Part shown: positions 31,936 to 39,858 of the stretch, in pieces | Position numbering within the stretch: the first letter of the stretch is position 1 | Layout: each line of letters begins with the position of its first letter | Virus record (IMG/VR): IMGVR_UViG_3300005758_000016 | Location: 1-60,088 of that record | Length of the DNA: 60,088 bases | Strand: one strand, 5' to 3' | Origin: a virus | Taxonomy: Duplodnaviria > Caudoviricetes | Notes under the pieces: generated by a model | What the model was told of the DNA's origin: nothing | Database searches by the model: none | What the model saw: the letters and a program-made list of their open reading frames with translations, nothing else | Program-made: the position numbers and the translations under genes

Positions 31936-32112
31936 ATGACCGACACTCAAAAACTCGCTTTGGCATACGCTGAAAAACTGGTAGAATACTATCGTGCTGT
32001 GAATAGCGATGTATGCGACAGAGATCGTTGGGTTCGTACTGCTACCAATGAGATGTATGATGCTCAAAATGCACTGGCTTATGCCGCTGAATGTGAGGCT
32101 AAAAATGACTAA
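31936..32112 (+). CDS. Pre-early hypothetical protein
   Basis: AAGGA RBS; promoter TTGTGC..TATAAT upstream. Confidence 0.55.
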   Translation: MTDTQKLALAYAEKLVEYYRAVNSDVCDRDRWVRTATNEMYDAQNALAYAAECEAKND

Positions 32113-32222
32113 ACGTGAATTTTTCGATGCGCTTGGCTTTGCCGCTTGCATAGCCCTTCCGTTTGTGATATACTTCACACTCGTGATGAAACCTTAAACC
32201 CTTGACTTTTCAGGAGAAAACC

Positions 32223-32546
32223 ATGACTAGCAAAACTGTTAACTACACTCCCGAGCAAACTGCCAAGATGGTTGCCGACTATAACGCCGGCGTGACTGTT
32301 GAGGCAATGGCTGAGGCACTGGGCAAATCGGTGCGTTCGATTGTTGCCAAACTGAGCCGCGAGGGCGTATATCGTAAGAAAACCTACACCACCAAAACTG
32401 GTGAGGCTGTTGTGAAAAAGGACGCCTGGGCTGACTACATCGGTGAGGCACTGGGCCTGACTGAGGCTGATACGGAAAGCCTGACCAAGGCCAACAAAAC
32501 TGCACTGGCTAAGATTGCCGATTTTATCAAAGCTGAAAAGGCTTGA
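32223..32546 (+). CDS. T5 A2-like DNA-binding protein, paralog 1
   Basis: NYT.E..GKSVRSIVAKLSREGVY.KK..ESL.KA.K resembles T5 A2; AGGAG RBS. Confidence 0.7.
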   Translation: MTSKTVNYTPEQTAKMVADYNAGVTVEAMAEALGKSVRSIVAKLSREGVYRKKTYTTKTGEAVVKKDAWADYIGEALGLTEADTESLTKANKTALAKIADFIKAEKA

Positions 32547-32567
32547 TCGCAAGGGCTTCGGCCCCTT

Positions 32568-32688
32568 GTAATACTTTTGTTTTCAGATGGAATTGAAAAC
32601 AAAAGTATTACCCTGCAGGCGCCAATATTATACCATAATATTGGCTGGCGTGTCAATAGGTACATGTACCTATGTTGTATTTTTGCAC
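32568..32688. repeat. Pre-early intergenic module: 18-8-18 palindrome + leftward promoter + TGTTGTATTT box
   Basis: GTAATACTTTTGTTTTCA-N8-TGAAAACAAAAGTATTAC, GGCGCC, then minus-strand TTGACA-18 nt-TATAAT. Confidence 0.9.
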
Positions 32689-32727
32689 GGGTGCTTGTAG
32701 CGTGTGAAACCTGATATAATTGGCAGC

Positions 32728-32868
32728 ATGATAAACGAACAACGCAACGCAATAATCTGGGGCTTGTCAGGCGCATACTATGATGCTATAATGAATAGCA
32801 TTCCGGCATGGGTTTTGCAAAACCCGGATATGTTGGAAGATTGGTTTTTTGCCGAATTGGGGATTTAA
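32728..32868 (+). CDS. 46-aa hypothetical protein, possibly leaderless
   Basis: ATG 8 nt after TATAAT; stop abuts the next ATG. Confidence 0.45.
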   Translation: MINEQRNAIIWGLSGAYYDAIMNSIPAWVLQNPDMLEDWFFAELGI

Positions 32869-33189
32869 ATGCGTGAATATATCCAATATCTGAAACTGAA
32901 AAAGCCGGTACAATTAACCGTGGTTAATCGTCAGCATAAATCGACCGATGCGGAATATGAAACAGATTATCGTGATAATGGGCAAATTAATTGCCACTTA
33001 ATCACAATCTGGAATAATCCCCATTCGCGTGATTTTAATACACTGGTTGCCCATGAGTTAATTCATGCATGGCAGGCTGAGAATAACAAAACTGAAATTC
33101 ATGGCCCGTATTTTGTAAAACTGGCTCGCAAAATGGAAACCAAATTTGGTTTGCGTGAAGTTTATTTACCCGGAATTGATGAGGAATAA
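32869..33189 (+). CDS. SprT-like zinc metalloprotease domain protein
   Basis: AHELIH..HG..F motif. Confidence 0.7.
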   Translation: MREYIQYLKLKKPVQLTVVNRQHKSTDAEYETDYRDNGQINCHLITIWNNPHSRDFNTLVAHELIHAWQAENNKTEIHGPYFVKLARKMETKFGLREVYLPGIDEE

Positions 33190-33191
33190 TG

Positions 33192-33310
33192 AATACCTTG
33201 GTTTTCAGATAAGATTGAAAACCAAGGCATTACTTTGTGGGCGCCAAAATTATACCACATAATTTTGGGCTGTGTCAATAGGGGTTTCCACCTATGTTGT
33301 ATTTTTGCAC
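33192..33310. repeat. Pre-early intergenic module copy
   Basis: AATACCTTGGTTTTCA-N8-TGAAAACCAAGGCATT with compensatory changes, plus leftward promoter. Confidence 0.85.
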
Positions 33311-33376
33311 TGGTGGTCTGGTGGGCGAAAACGTGGTACAATACACCCATGTTCAACGAAACTGAGGTTTCACAAA

Positions 33377-33853
33377 ATGGCTAAAATCAAGCGTGTTGCA
33401 ATTTACGATATGGACGGAACCATTGTAGATTCCAGTCACCGTTACCGTACCATTACAGATGAAAATGGAACCCGTATTGATTTGGATTACTGGCGTGAAA
33501 ATGAATATCGCGCAATGGAAGACGGATTATTGCCCATGTTTGAGCAATATCGCCGTGATTTGGCTGATCCTGAAACGTACGTTATTATTGCCACTGCCAG
33601 GGTAATGAATGAACCCGATTGGCAATTTGTAAATGAGATTCTCGGGATGCCTGATTATTTTATTAGCCGCCCGAAAGATTCCAGCGTATCAGGCAAAACC
33701 CTGAAAACCAATGGCTTGGCTAAATTCTTTAATTTGGTTAATTTCAAAGATGCGGATTTTGTTTTTTATGAGGACAATATCCAGTATTTAAAAGCGGTTT
33801 GTGATCGCTTTAATATCCGGGGCGTTTATATTCCCTCGGTTCAGGGTCACTGA
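33377..33853 (+). CDS. HAD-family phosphatase (PNK phosphatase-like)
   Basis: DMDGT, TAR, K and FYEDN motifs. Confidence 0.8.
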   Translation: MAKIKRVAIYDMDGTIVDSSHRYRTITDENGTRIDLDYWRENEYRAMEDGLLPMFEQYRRDLADPETYVIIATARVMNEPDWQFVNEILGMPDYFISRPKDSSVSGKTLKTNGLAKFFNLVNFKDADFVFYEDNIQYLKAVCDRFNIRGVYIPSVQGH

Positions 33854-33900
33854 TAATGGGCGAAAGCCCATTATTTAAGATTAACTTTTTGGAGAAAATC

Positions 33901-34092
33901 ATGCAAATTGGAAAATTGAATATCACCGAATGGACTTGGAATAATATGAAATTGGCTAATCCGTTTCTGATAATCTGGAAACTAATCTGGATTATTCCGG
34001 TGTATATTGCCGTGATTATCTTTGCCATTATTATGACTGTATACAATTTTGATATGGGCGCATTTGGGAAAACTATTAGAAATAATATCTAA
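33901..34092 (+). CDS. Small membrane protein
   Basis: GGAG RBS; hydrophobic helix. Confidence 0.55.
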   Translation: MQIGKLNITEWTWNNMKLANPFLIIWKLIWIIPVYIAVIIFAIIMTVYNFDMGAFGKTIRNNI

Positions 34093-34338
34093 TACTTTGG
34101 TTCCCAAACAAAAATGAATACTTTGGTATTCATTTTTGGCGCCAAAATTATACCATATAATTTTGGCCCGTGTCAACCCCTTTTTGCACAAAAACAACAA
34201 AAACAATTGTAACAGTCACGGCAAACTGTTACAAACCTGACGCCACTCTGACAGGTTTTGGGGTTATAATATGGGCATGTTGCAGGGTTGCAGCATCTGC
34301 GAATTCCGGCAGACTCCGGTAATACTTTGGTTCACAAA

Positions 34339-35037
34339 ATGGCTAAAAAGCAATTCTTTGCGATTCTCGACACTGAAACTACCATTAACGATACTGTGGC
34401 TGATTTTGCTATCATTATCGTTGACCGTAATGGCGCGATTCATAATCAATGCGCGGTTTTGGTTAAAAATCATTTTGACACAATGGAATTATTCCATGAT
34501 AAAAATGCAAATGATATTTGGGGTTATGCTGGCCTGAATAAACGTAAAGCCAATTATAATACCATGCTTGATAATGGCGTGCGTATGCTTGCCTCAGTTA
34601 GCGCAATTAATCGTTGGATCAATCAAGCCATTGGCAAATATAACCCGACATTAACCGCATATAATCTGGCATTTGATACTGCAAAATGTGCAAATACTGG
34701 TATTGACCTCACTGGGTTTACCTCACGATTTTGTCTTTGGCAAGCTGCCATTGGTAATATTTGCAATACCCGCAAATTCAAACAATTTGCCCTTGATAAT
34801 CACGCATTTAATGCGGTTACCGCACATGGTAATATGACATTCAAAACTAATGCCGAGATTGTTTGCGGGTTTATTAATGGCGAATTCAAAACCGAACCAC
34901 ATACTGCCCTTGAAGATGCGCGGGATTTTGAATTGCCGATTTTGACCCAGATTATTAAAAAGCGCGACTGGCGCGATAATATCAAGCCGTATAACTGGAA
35001 AGAATTTCAAACCAAGGATCATTTTAAACCCGTTTAA
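34339..35037 (+). CDS. DEDDh 3'-5' exonuclease
   Basis: LDTET, AYN..FD, HTALEDA. Confidence 0.85.
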   Translation: MAKKQFFAILDTETTINDTVADFAIIIVDRNGAIHNQCAVLVKNHFDTMELFHDKNANDIWGYAGLNKRKANYNTMLDNGVRMLASVSAINRWINQAIGKYNPTLTAYNLAFDTAKCANTGIDLTGFTSRFCLWQAAIGNICNTRKFKQFALDNHAFNAVTAHGNMTFKTNAEIVCGFINGEFKTEPHTALEDARDFELPILTQIIKKRDWRDNIKPYNWKEFQTKDHFKPV

Positions 35038-35168
35038 TATGTGGGGGTGATTATGTGGAAAATGCTCTGGATAATCGCCCTTTGTTTTCACCTACTGGAA
35101 ACAAAACGGGTTGATTTTAAAATGGTTACAACTGGTTTTTGGATTCAAACTGACGCAAGGATTATATA

Positions 35169-35417
35169 ATGGAAACTATCGGCTGGATTGGCGGGATTTT
35201 ATTGGCATTTTGTGGATTACCCCAAGCGTGGGAATCGTATAGGACAAAATCATCGGCAGGATTAACCTGGGGATTTTTGAGTATGTGGTTTTTGGGTGAG
35301 ATATTCACCATCATATACATAATCCCGAAATGGCATTGGCCCTTAATTTTCAATTACACGGCTAATATATTCTTCCTGCTGATAATCATTTACTACAAAA
35401 TTAAGCCCAGTAAATAA
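35169..35417 (+). CDS. PQ-loop (SemiSWEET-like) membrane protein
   Basis: IGWIGG..LPQ..RTKS..GL; three predicted TM helices. Confidence 0.8.
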   Translation: METIGWIGGILLAFCGLPQAWESYRTKSSAGLTWGFLSMWFLGEIFTIIYIIPKWHWPLIFNYTANIFFLLIIIYYKIKPSK

Positions 35418-35450
35418 AAATAAACCCCGAGATAATCGGGGTTTATTTTT
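35416..35450 (+). terminator. Intrinsic terminator (near-identical copy at 37057-37090)
   Basis: AAACCCCGA-GATAA-TCGGGGTTT followed by U-tract. Confidence 0.8.
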
Positions 35451-35601
35451 GCTGCTTATATAAGCACATGCATATATAAGCAACTGCTTATATATGGGCG
35501 CCAATTATACACCTATAATTGTGCCCGTGTCAAGAAAAATCAAAAAACATATTTTGCGTGTGTGGTTGCAAAACAACAGTCTGGTGGTGTATAATATGGA
35601 C

Positions 35602-35982
35602 ATGGACAAAACCACACTTTTAAACATCCTACGGCGTGAAACTATAATGCTTTGGGATACACTTTGCGAGATTTATACTCCATTGGTTCACAGAAACGAA
35701 CCCATGGTAGAACTTAATCCCTACTGCTGGCGTACTGCTGGACTGTGTTTTCAGGACGAAAACCGCATACAATTGAGTTACAAATTTTTTGTGGCTAATA
35801 CAAAATATCGCGATTACATGCTGAATGTAATACTACCGCATGAGGTTGCACATCAGGCTGACTGGTTTTTATATGGCGAAAGCGAAAAAACCTGTGGGCA
35901 TGGCGTGCGCTGGTGCGAAATTATGGTACAATTAGGGCTTGAGCCTAACCCGTTTCACAACATGGAGATTCCCCGAAAATGA
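35602..35982 (+). CDS. SprT-like metalloprotease
   Basis: RTAG.C..PHEVAH..HG.RW..IM motif; start may be 35596 or 35602. Confidence 0.8.
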   Translation: MDKTTLLNILRRETIMLWDTLCEIYTPLVHRNEPMVELNPYCWRTAGLCFQDENRIQLSYKFFVANTKYRDYMLNVILPHEVAHQADWFLYGESEKTCGHGVRWCEIMVQLGLEPNPFHNMEIPRK

Positions 35983-36191
35983 TTACTTTTGTTTCTTGGT
36001 TCGGTACAGTTGCCTCAATTTTGGGCAGTTTTGCCGTTGCAACCAAAATGTTTCAAATTGGGTATGTACTGTTTACTTTTGGTTCGCTGGCTTGGTTGTT
36101 TGTGGCCTGGACGCGCAAAGATCGTGCGCTTGGTGTACTAAACGGCACATTTTTTGTTGCAAATGTAATCGGATTGGTTAACTTTTTTTAA
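35979..36191 (+). CDS. Small three-TM membrane protein
   Basis: Hydrophobic profile; ATGA coupling. Confidence 0.6.
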   Translation: MITFVSWFGTVASILGSFAVATKMFQIGYVLFTFGSLAWLFVAWTRKDRALGVLNGTFFVANVIGLVNFF

Positions 36192-36224
36192 AAGGGCGCA
36201 AGCCCTTTTTATTTTGCCCCAATA

Positions 36225-36343
36225 TAATACTTTTGTTTTCAGGTGGAATTGAAAACAAAAGTATTACAGGCGGTGCGCCAAAATTATATCATAATTTTGC
36301 GGCCCCGGTCAATAGGTGTTTCCCCCTATGTTGTATTTGTACA
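36225..36343. repeat. Pre-early intergenic module copy
   Basis: TAATACTTTTGTTTTCA-N8-TGAAAACAAAAGTATTA plus leftward TTGACC..TATAAT. Confidence 0.9.
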
Positions 36344-36438
36344 AATTGCAAAAAAGTCTTGTTTGTGGGGCTGGTTTGCGTTATAATAATCCCATACCGC
36401 AGCGAAGGGCGCAGCGGAATAACCCGAAAGGTAACACT

Positions 36439-36771
36439 ATGGAAAAGACTAGCAAAACTGTCAACTATTCCCCTGAAATGACTGCAAAAATGGTTGCCGA
36501 TTATGCGGCTGGCGTGACTGTGGAAGCAATCGCTAGCGAACTGGGCAAATCGGTTCGCTCGATTGTTGCTAAACTGTCGCGCGAGGGTGTTTACCAGAAA
36601 AAGACCTACAAAACTAAAACTGGCGAGCCAGTCGTGAAAAAAGACGCTCACGCGGACGCTATCGGCGCGATTTTGCGGTTGCCTGAAAATGATATTGAAT
36701 CACTGACAAAAGCGAACAAATCGGCACTGAAGGCGATTTTCGAAGCCCTTGCAAATAGCAAGCCACTGTAA
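36439..36771 (+). CDS. T5 A2-like DNA-binding protein, paralog 2
   Basis: Highly similar to 32223-32546. Confidence 0.7.
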   Translation: MEKTSKTVNYSPEMTAKMVADYAAGVTVEAIASELGKSVRSIVAKLSREGVYQKKTYKTKTGEPVVKKDAHADAIGAILRLPENDIESLTKANKSALKAIFEALANSKPL

Positions 36772-36820
36772 ATAATGGGGCATAATGCCCCATTTACCGT
36801 TCAATCAAAAAGGATTTAAA

Positions 36821-37057
36821 ATGATTTTCACATTTGAAGAATTGCACGTTAATCTGGCAGACTATAATGGTTTTCAGGTTGCCACTATTAATGCGGTTAT
36901 TATTGACCGGGCTGCAAACTATTATAAGGATATTTGCGGTTTTGAAGGTTGGCCTGATGAAGAACTATTTAAAAATTTTGATTGGGGGGTTGACTTGGTG
37001 CAACGATTAATTTATATTCCAGATAATGCGCTAGTTATTCAGCCGCTTTATCATTAA
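36821..37057 (+). CDS. Hypothetical protein
   Basis: AAGGA RBS; ORF track. Confidence 0.55.
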   Translation: MIFTFEELHVNLADYNGFQVATINAVIIDRAANYYKDICGFEGWPDEELFKNFDWGVDLVQRLIYIPDNALVIQPLYH

Positions 37058-37104
37058 AATAAAACCCCGAGATAATCGGGGTTTTATTTTGCCCAAAATC
37101 GGTT

Positions 37105-37231
37105 GTAATACTTGGTTTTCAGAAAAAATTGAAAACAAAAGTATTACAAACTTGCGCCAAAATTATATCATAATTTTGGAGCGCGTGTCAAGCGTCTTTA
37201 CAAATCTTTACACTGTGTTGTATTTTCGCAC
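37105..37231. repeat. Pre-early intergenic module copy
   Basis: GTAATACTTGGTTTTCA-N8-TGAAAACAAAAGTATTAC plus leftward TTGACA..TATAAT. Confidence 0.85.
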
Positions 37232-37319
37232 TTGCGCATATATGCATGCGCTTATATAAGCACCCACGAATATAAGCCACCGCGCATATGTGTACTTTTG
37301 TACTACACGCAGCGCAGCA

Positions 37320-37396
37320 GCGCCAGTGGCTAATCAAGTGCAAAAACTCCCACGTGCCGCGCGCCAGTGGCCAATCAAGTGCAAAAACTCCCACGT
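37320..37396. repeat. 36-bp direct repeat x2
   Basis: GCGCCAGTGGCYAATCAAGTGCAAAAACTCCCACGT at 37320 and 37361. Confidence 0.9.
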
Positions 37397-37538
37397 AGGT
37401 CGCGTGCGCCCATTATACAGTGGAAAACCTTTCCAAGTCAAGTGTATTTTCACCGCGGCTTACCAAACACAAAAATCTTGTCTTGTTGTCTGCAACCCAT
37501 TGGGCTATAATAACTATATTGATTGAAAGGAATCCCAC

Positions 37539-37673
37539 ATGACTGACAATGAATTTTTTAGGCTGGATCAGGAGGCGTGGTACGCGGAGTGGGTGGACCA
37601 CGAAGTCCGCGAAATTGTGAGTGATACCTACCCCCACACCGAAAACTTTGCATTTGACGACATTCCGTTTTGA
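37539..37673 (+). CDS. 44-aa acidic peptide ending in SSB-like tail FDDIPF (not in ORF track)
   Basis: GAAAGGA RBS, own promoter; MTDNEFFRLDQEAWYAEWVDHEVREIVSDTYPHTENFAFDDIPF. Confidence 0.65.
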   Translation: MTDNEFFRLDQEAWYAEWVDHEVREIVSDTYPHTENFAFDDIPF

Positions 37674-37720
37674 GTATATAATAATCTTTTAATCAGCGCA
37701 GAAACCAAACGAAAGGACAT

Positions 37721-38032
37721 ATGATGACTGACGCAACTAAAACCAACTACACCGAAGCACAAACCCTGGAACTGGTGACTCGCTACCAAGCGGGTGAAAC
37801 TGTAGAAGCCTTGGCCGAGGCTGTGGGCAAGAGTGTACGCAGCGTGGTAGCCAAGCTCAGCCGCGAAGGTGTGTATCAAGCCAAGACCAAGAGCAAGGGC
37901 ACTGCTCGCGTTACCAAGGCTGCACTGACCGGTTTGCTGGAAAGCAAGCTGGGCATGGACCCCGGCAGCCTGGAAAGCCTGCAAAAGGCTTCACACGACC
38001 AACTGGAAGCACTGGTTGACCGGGTAGTTTAA
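37721..38032 (+). CDS. T5 A2-like DNA-binding protein, paralog 3
   Basis: NYT..GKSVRSVVAKLSREGVY..ESL.KA. Confidence 0.7.
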   Translation: MMTDATKTNYTEAQTLELVTRYQAGETVEALAEAVGKSVRSVVAKLSREGVYQAKTKSKGTARVTKAALTGLLESKLGMDPGSLESLQKASHDQLEALVDRVV

Positions 38033-38230
38033 GTTTAGGGTCAGAAAATCCATACTTGATCTTCTGACCCAAACCCGGTATAATAATATCTTAGACAGTT
38101 GAGAAGGGCCTTGTTAAATGGCAAGCAATTGCCGGCCTGTTCAGCTCAGCAGCCCACCTCGCTAATCAGTGATTACTCGACGTCGTATCTGTGTGGCTAG
38201 TCTGTTTGCGGCAACTGTCTAATTTTCGAC

Positions 38231-38259
38231 TTGAACTTATACTTAAACTACTGTATAAT
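38231..38259 (+). promoter_or_regulatory. Sigma70 promoter of RNA operon
   Basis: TTGAAC-17 nt-TATAAT; a second one, TTGATC-17 nt-TATAAT, at 38056-38084. Confidence 0.7.
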
Positions 38260-38358
38260 TTATATATATATATTGAAGACAGGGTGACAGCGGGCAGCGT
38301 CAAGCTGATACGTCTTAATTGTGGAGAAAATGCACTCCGAGCCACAGCCCCGAGCACA

Positions 38359-38541
38359 CTAAAGCGAAAGCTATCAGCTACTTGCTGGTAGTGCTAAGCA
38401 AAAACAGAAGTTACCGTTGTGCCAACCCCTATGCGATCTTAGTTCAGACAGTGCAATCGCCGCACTAGCGTTAGGATGTACCGGCAGTGTGGGCCAGTTC
38501 GCAGCTCAGGGTTTTGCTTGCAGTGATAGCTTTCGCTTTAG
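38359..38541 (+). ncRNA. Stem-closed structured RNA
   Basis: Perfect 18-bp inverted repeat CTAAAGCGAAAGCTATCA/TGATAGCTTTCGCTTTAG with nested AAGCAAAA/TTTTGCTT; no credible ORF. Confidence 0.6.
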
Positions 38542-38618
38542 GGTGTTATGAGATCATGTTTGATGAATAACAACTTAATGGCCACCGAATACTTCTCTAG
38601 TGGCCGCCCAACCAATAT

Positions 38619-38694
38619 GCTTCCATCGTCTATCGGCTAGGACACCGCCCTTTCACGGCGGGAAGGAGGGGTTCGATTCCCCCTGGAAGTACCA
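38619..38694 (+). tRNA. tRNA-Glu(UUC)
   Basis: Cloverleaf, loop CTTTCAC, encoded CCA. Confidence 0.92.
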
Positions 38695-38696
38695 AA

Positions 38697-38799
38697 ATCC
38701 ACTGATGAGCACCCTGCAATGGGGCGAAACTCTCAGGAGCGCAGTGCAAGTGTACGGACCCTAGACCCAGTCCTGCTTGCAACGCCTGAGGGTCTGGAT
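38697..38799 (+). ncRNA. Type I hammerhead ribozyme
   Basis: Stem I ATCCA/TGGAT, core CTGATGA, stem II, GAAA, stem III CTCTCAGG/CCTGAGGG, GUC cleavage triplet at 38792-38794. Confidence 0.85.
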
Positions 38800-39310
38800 G
38801 AAAACCCAGCGAAACCAGGACGCCTGTCCCTCCCGAAGCCTAGTAGCCATGCGCGAACACCGGACGGAGCTATGGCTGAAAGTGAGTAACTGGAAATGAG
38901 TAACTCCAAGGCCCGCACGGTCTATATCCAGTGCCGCCTTATCCTGTACCGGCGTTAAATGGTCTTGATGTATAGTGTGGCTACTAATCGGCCCGAGATG
39001 GTGAGGCTCCTGAAACTCGTTAAAACAGAGTTCAATAAAGTATGGTTGTGCGTAGCCAACCCGACCCTAAACCGGCGTGGTCGTTAAAGTGCGGAACCCC
39101 TCAAAGCGTAAAGAGGCAAAAAATGTACAGTGCAGGCGTTGATAGCGTAGCACAACAAGTCTCCCCTGCTGCAGATACCCAGGTTATTGTCCACAAAACC
39201 TGTTAATGTGCTGCGGTTTAGGGTCAGTGCAGTAAAACGGTGTTGGTACAGCCGGTGTAAGTCGCTGTTTGAGCAAACTAAAAACTTAAGGCTGTTGCAA
39301 CAGCCGGTGT
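38795..39310 (+). ncRNA. Candidate large structured ncRNA
   Basis: ORF-poor; long-range stems TAGTAGCCATGC/GTGTGGCTACTA and GACCCTAAACCG/CGGTTTAGGGTC; ends at a terminator. Confidence 0.45.
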
Positions 39311-39312
39311 TC

Positions 39313-39353
39313 AAAGCCCACCACAGGTCGCTCCTGTGGTGGGCTTTGTTTTG
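39313..39353 (+). terminator. Strong intrinsic terminator
   Basis: AAAGCCCACCACAGG/CCTGTGGTGGGCTTT followed by GTTTT. Confidence 0.8.
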
Positions 39354-39540
39354 CCCACACCAAGCTCACCACCAAAATTTCACACCCGGTCTGCGCCAAT
39401 TATACAGTGGTAAACCTGCAGGGTCAAGTGCATTTTCTGCATTTTGCTCGCCTGACCCTAAATTGGGGTAGTCTCCCGCAGGCACAAAAAAGCCCCCATT
39501 ATCGTCATGATAGTGGGGGCTTACTTGTTTTAAGTGGAGA

Positions 39541-39858
39541 TTACTCCGCATGGTGCGGTTTAGGGTCGAGTTTGGTCTCAATAAGTAGGAGCACGGTTTT
39601 GTTGACCTTTTCTAGACTCTCCAGTCGTTCACTATCCACCTGGAGCAGAGTGGCAAGGCGTTCGATGATCTCGCTTTTCTTTTGTGGCAGCTCACCACGC
39701 TTGTTGGTGTACACTTTTCGCTGGTAGACACCCAAACTTGAGAGCTTAGCAATTATGCTGCGACTTGGCACCTGCAGGGTTGTGGCCAGTTCCTCCACGG
39801 TCAGACCCCGCTTGTAGTCCTCGACCAGTTTATTTGTGATTTCGTTTGTGTATTTCAT
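39541..39858 (-). CDS. T5 A2-like DNA-binding protein, paralog 4 (divergent)
   Basis: YT.E..RSIIAKLSSLGVYQRK.Y..K.GE..K..ESLEKVNK. Confidence 0.65.
   Translation of the reverse strand: MKYTNEITNKLVEDYKRGLTVEELATTLQVPSRSIIAKLSSLGVYQRKVYTNKRGELPQKKSEIIERLATLLQVDSERLESLEKVNKTVLLLIETKLDPKPHHAE

Noticed and set aside
32568-37147. Pre-early palindromes as a CRISPR array (GGAATTGAAAAC resembles type I-B repeat ends)
   Set aside because: Copies are hundreds to thousands of bases apart with genes between them, the loop varies, and no cas genes are present; the resemblance is limited to a few bases
38794-38828. Second hammerhead (CTGGATGA...CGAAAC...GTC)
   Set aside because: Core is not CUGANGA, there is no stem I or II, and it overlaps stem I of the real candidate
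38934-39190. Pistol-ribozyme-like words (hairpin + TTAAA, GCGTTGAT)
   Set aside because: Could not build the required pseudoknot, P2 and P3 pairings together
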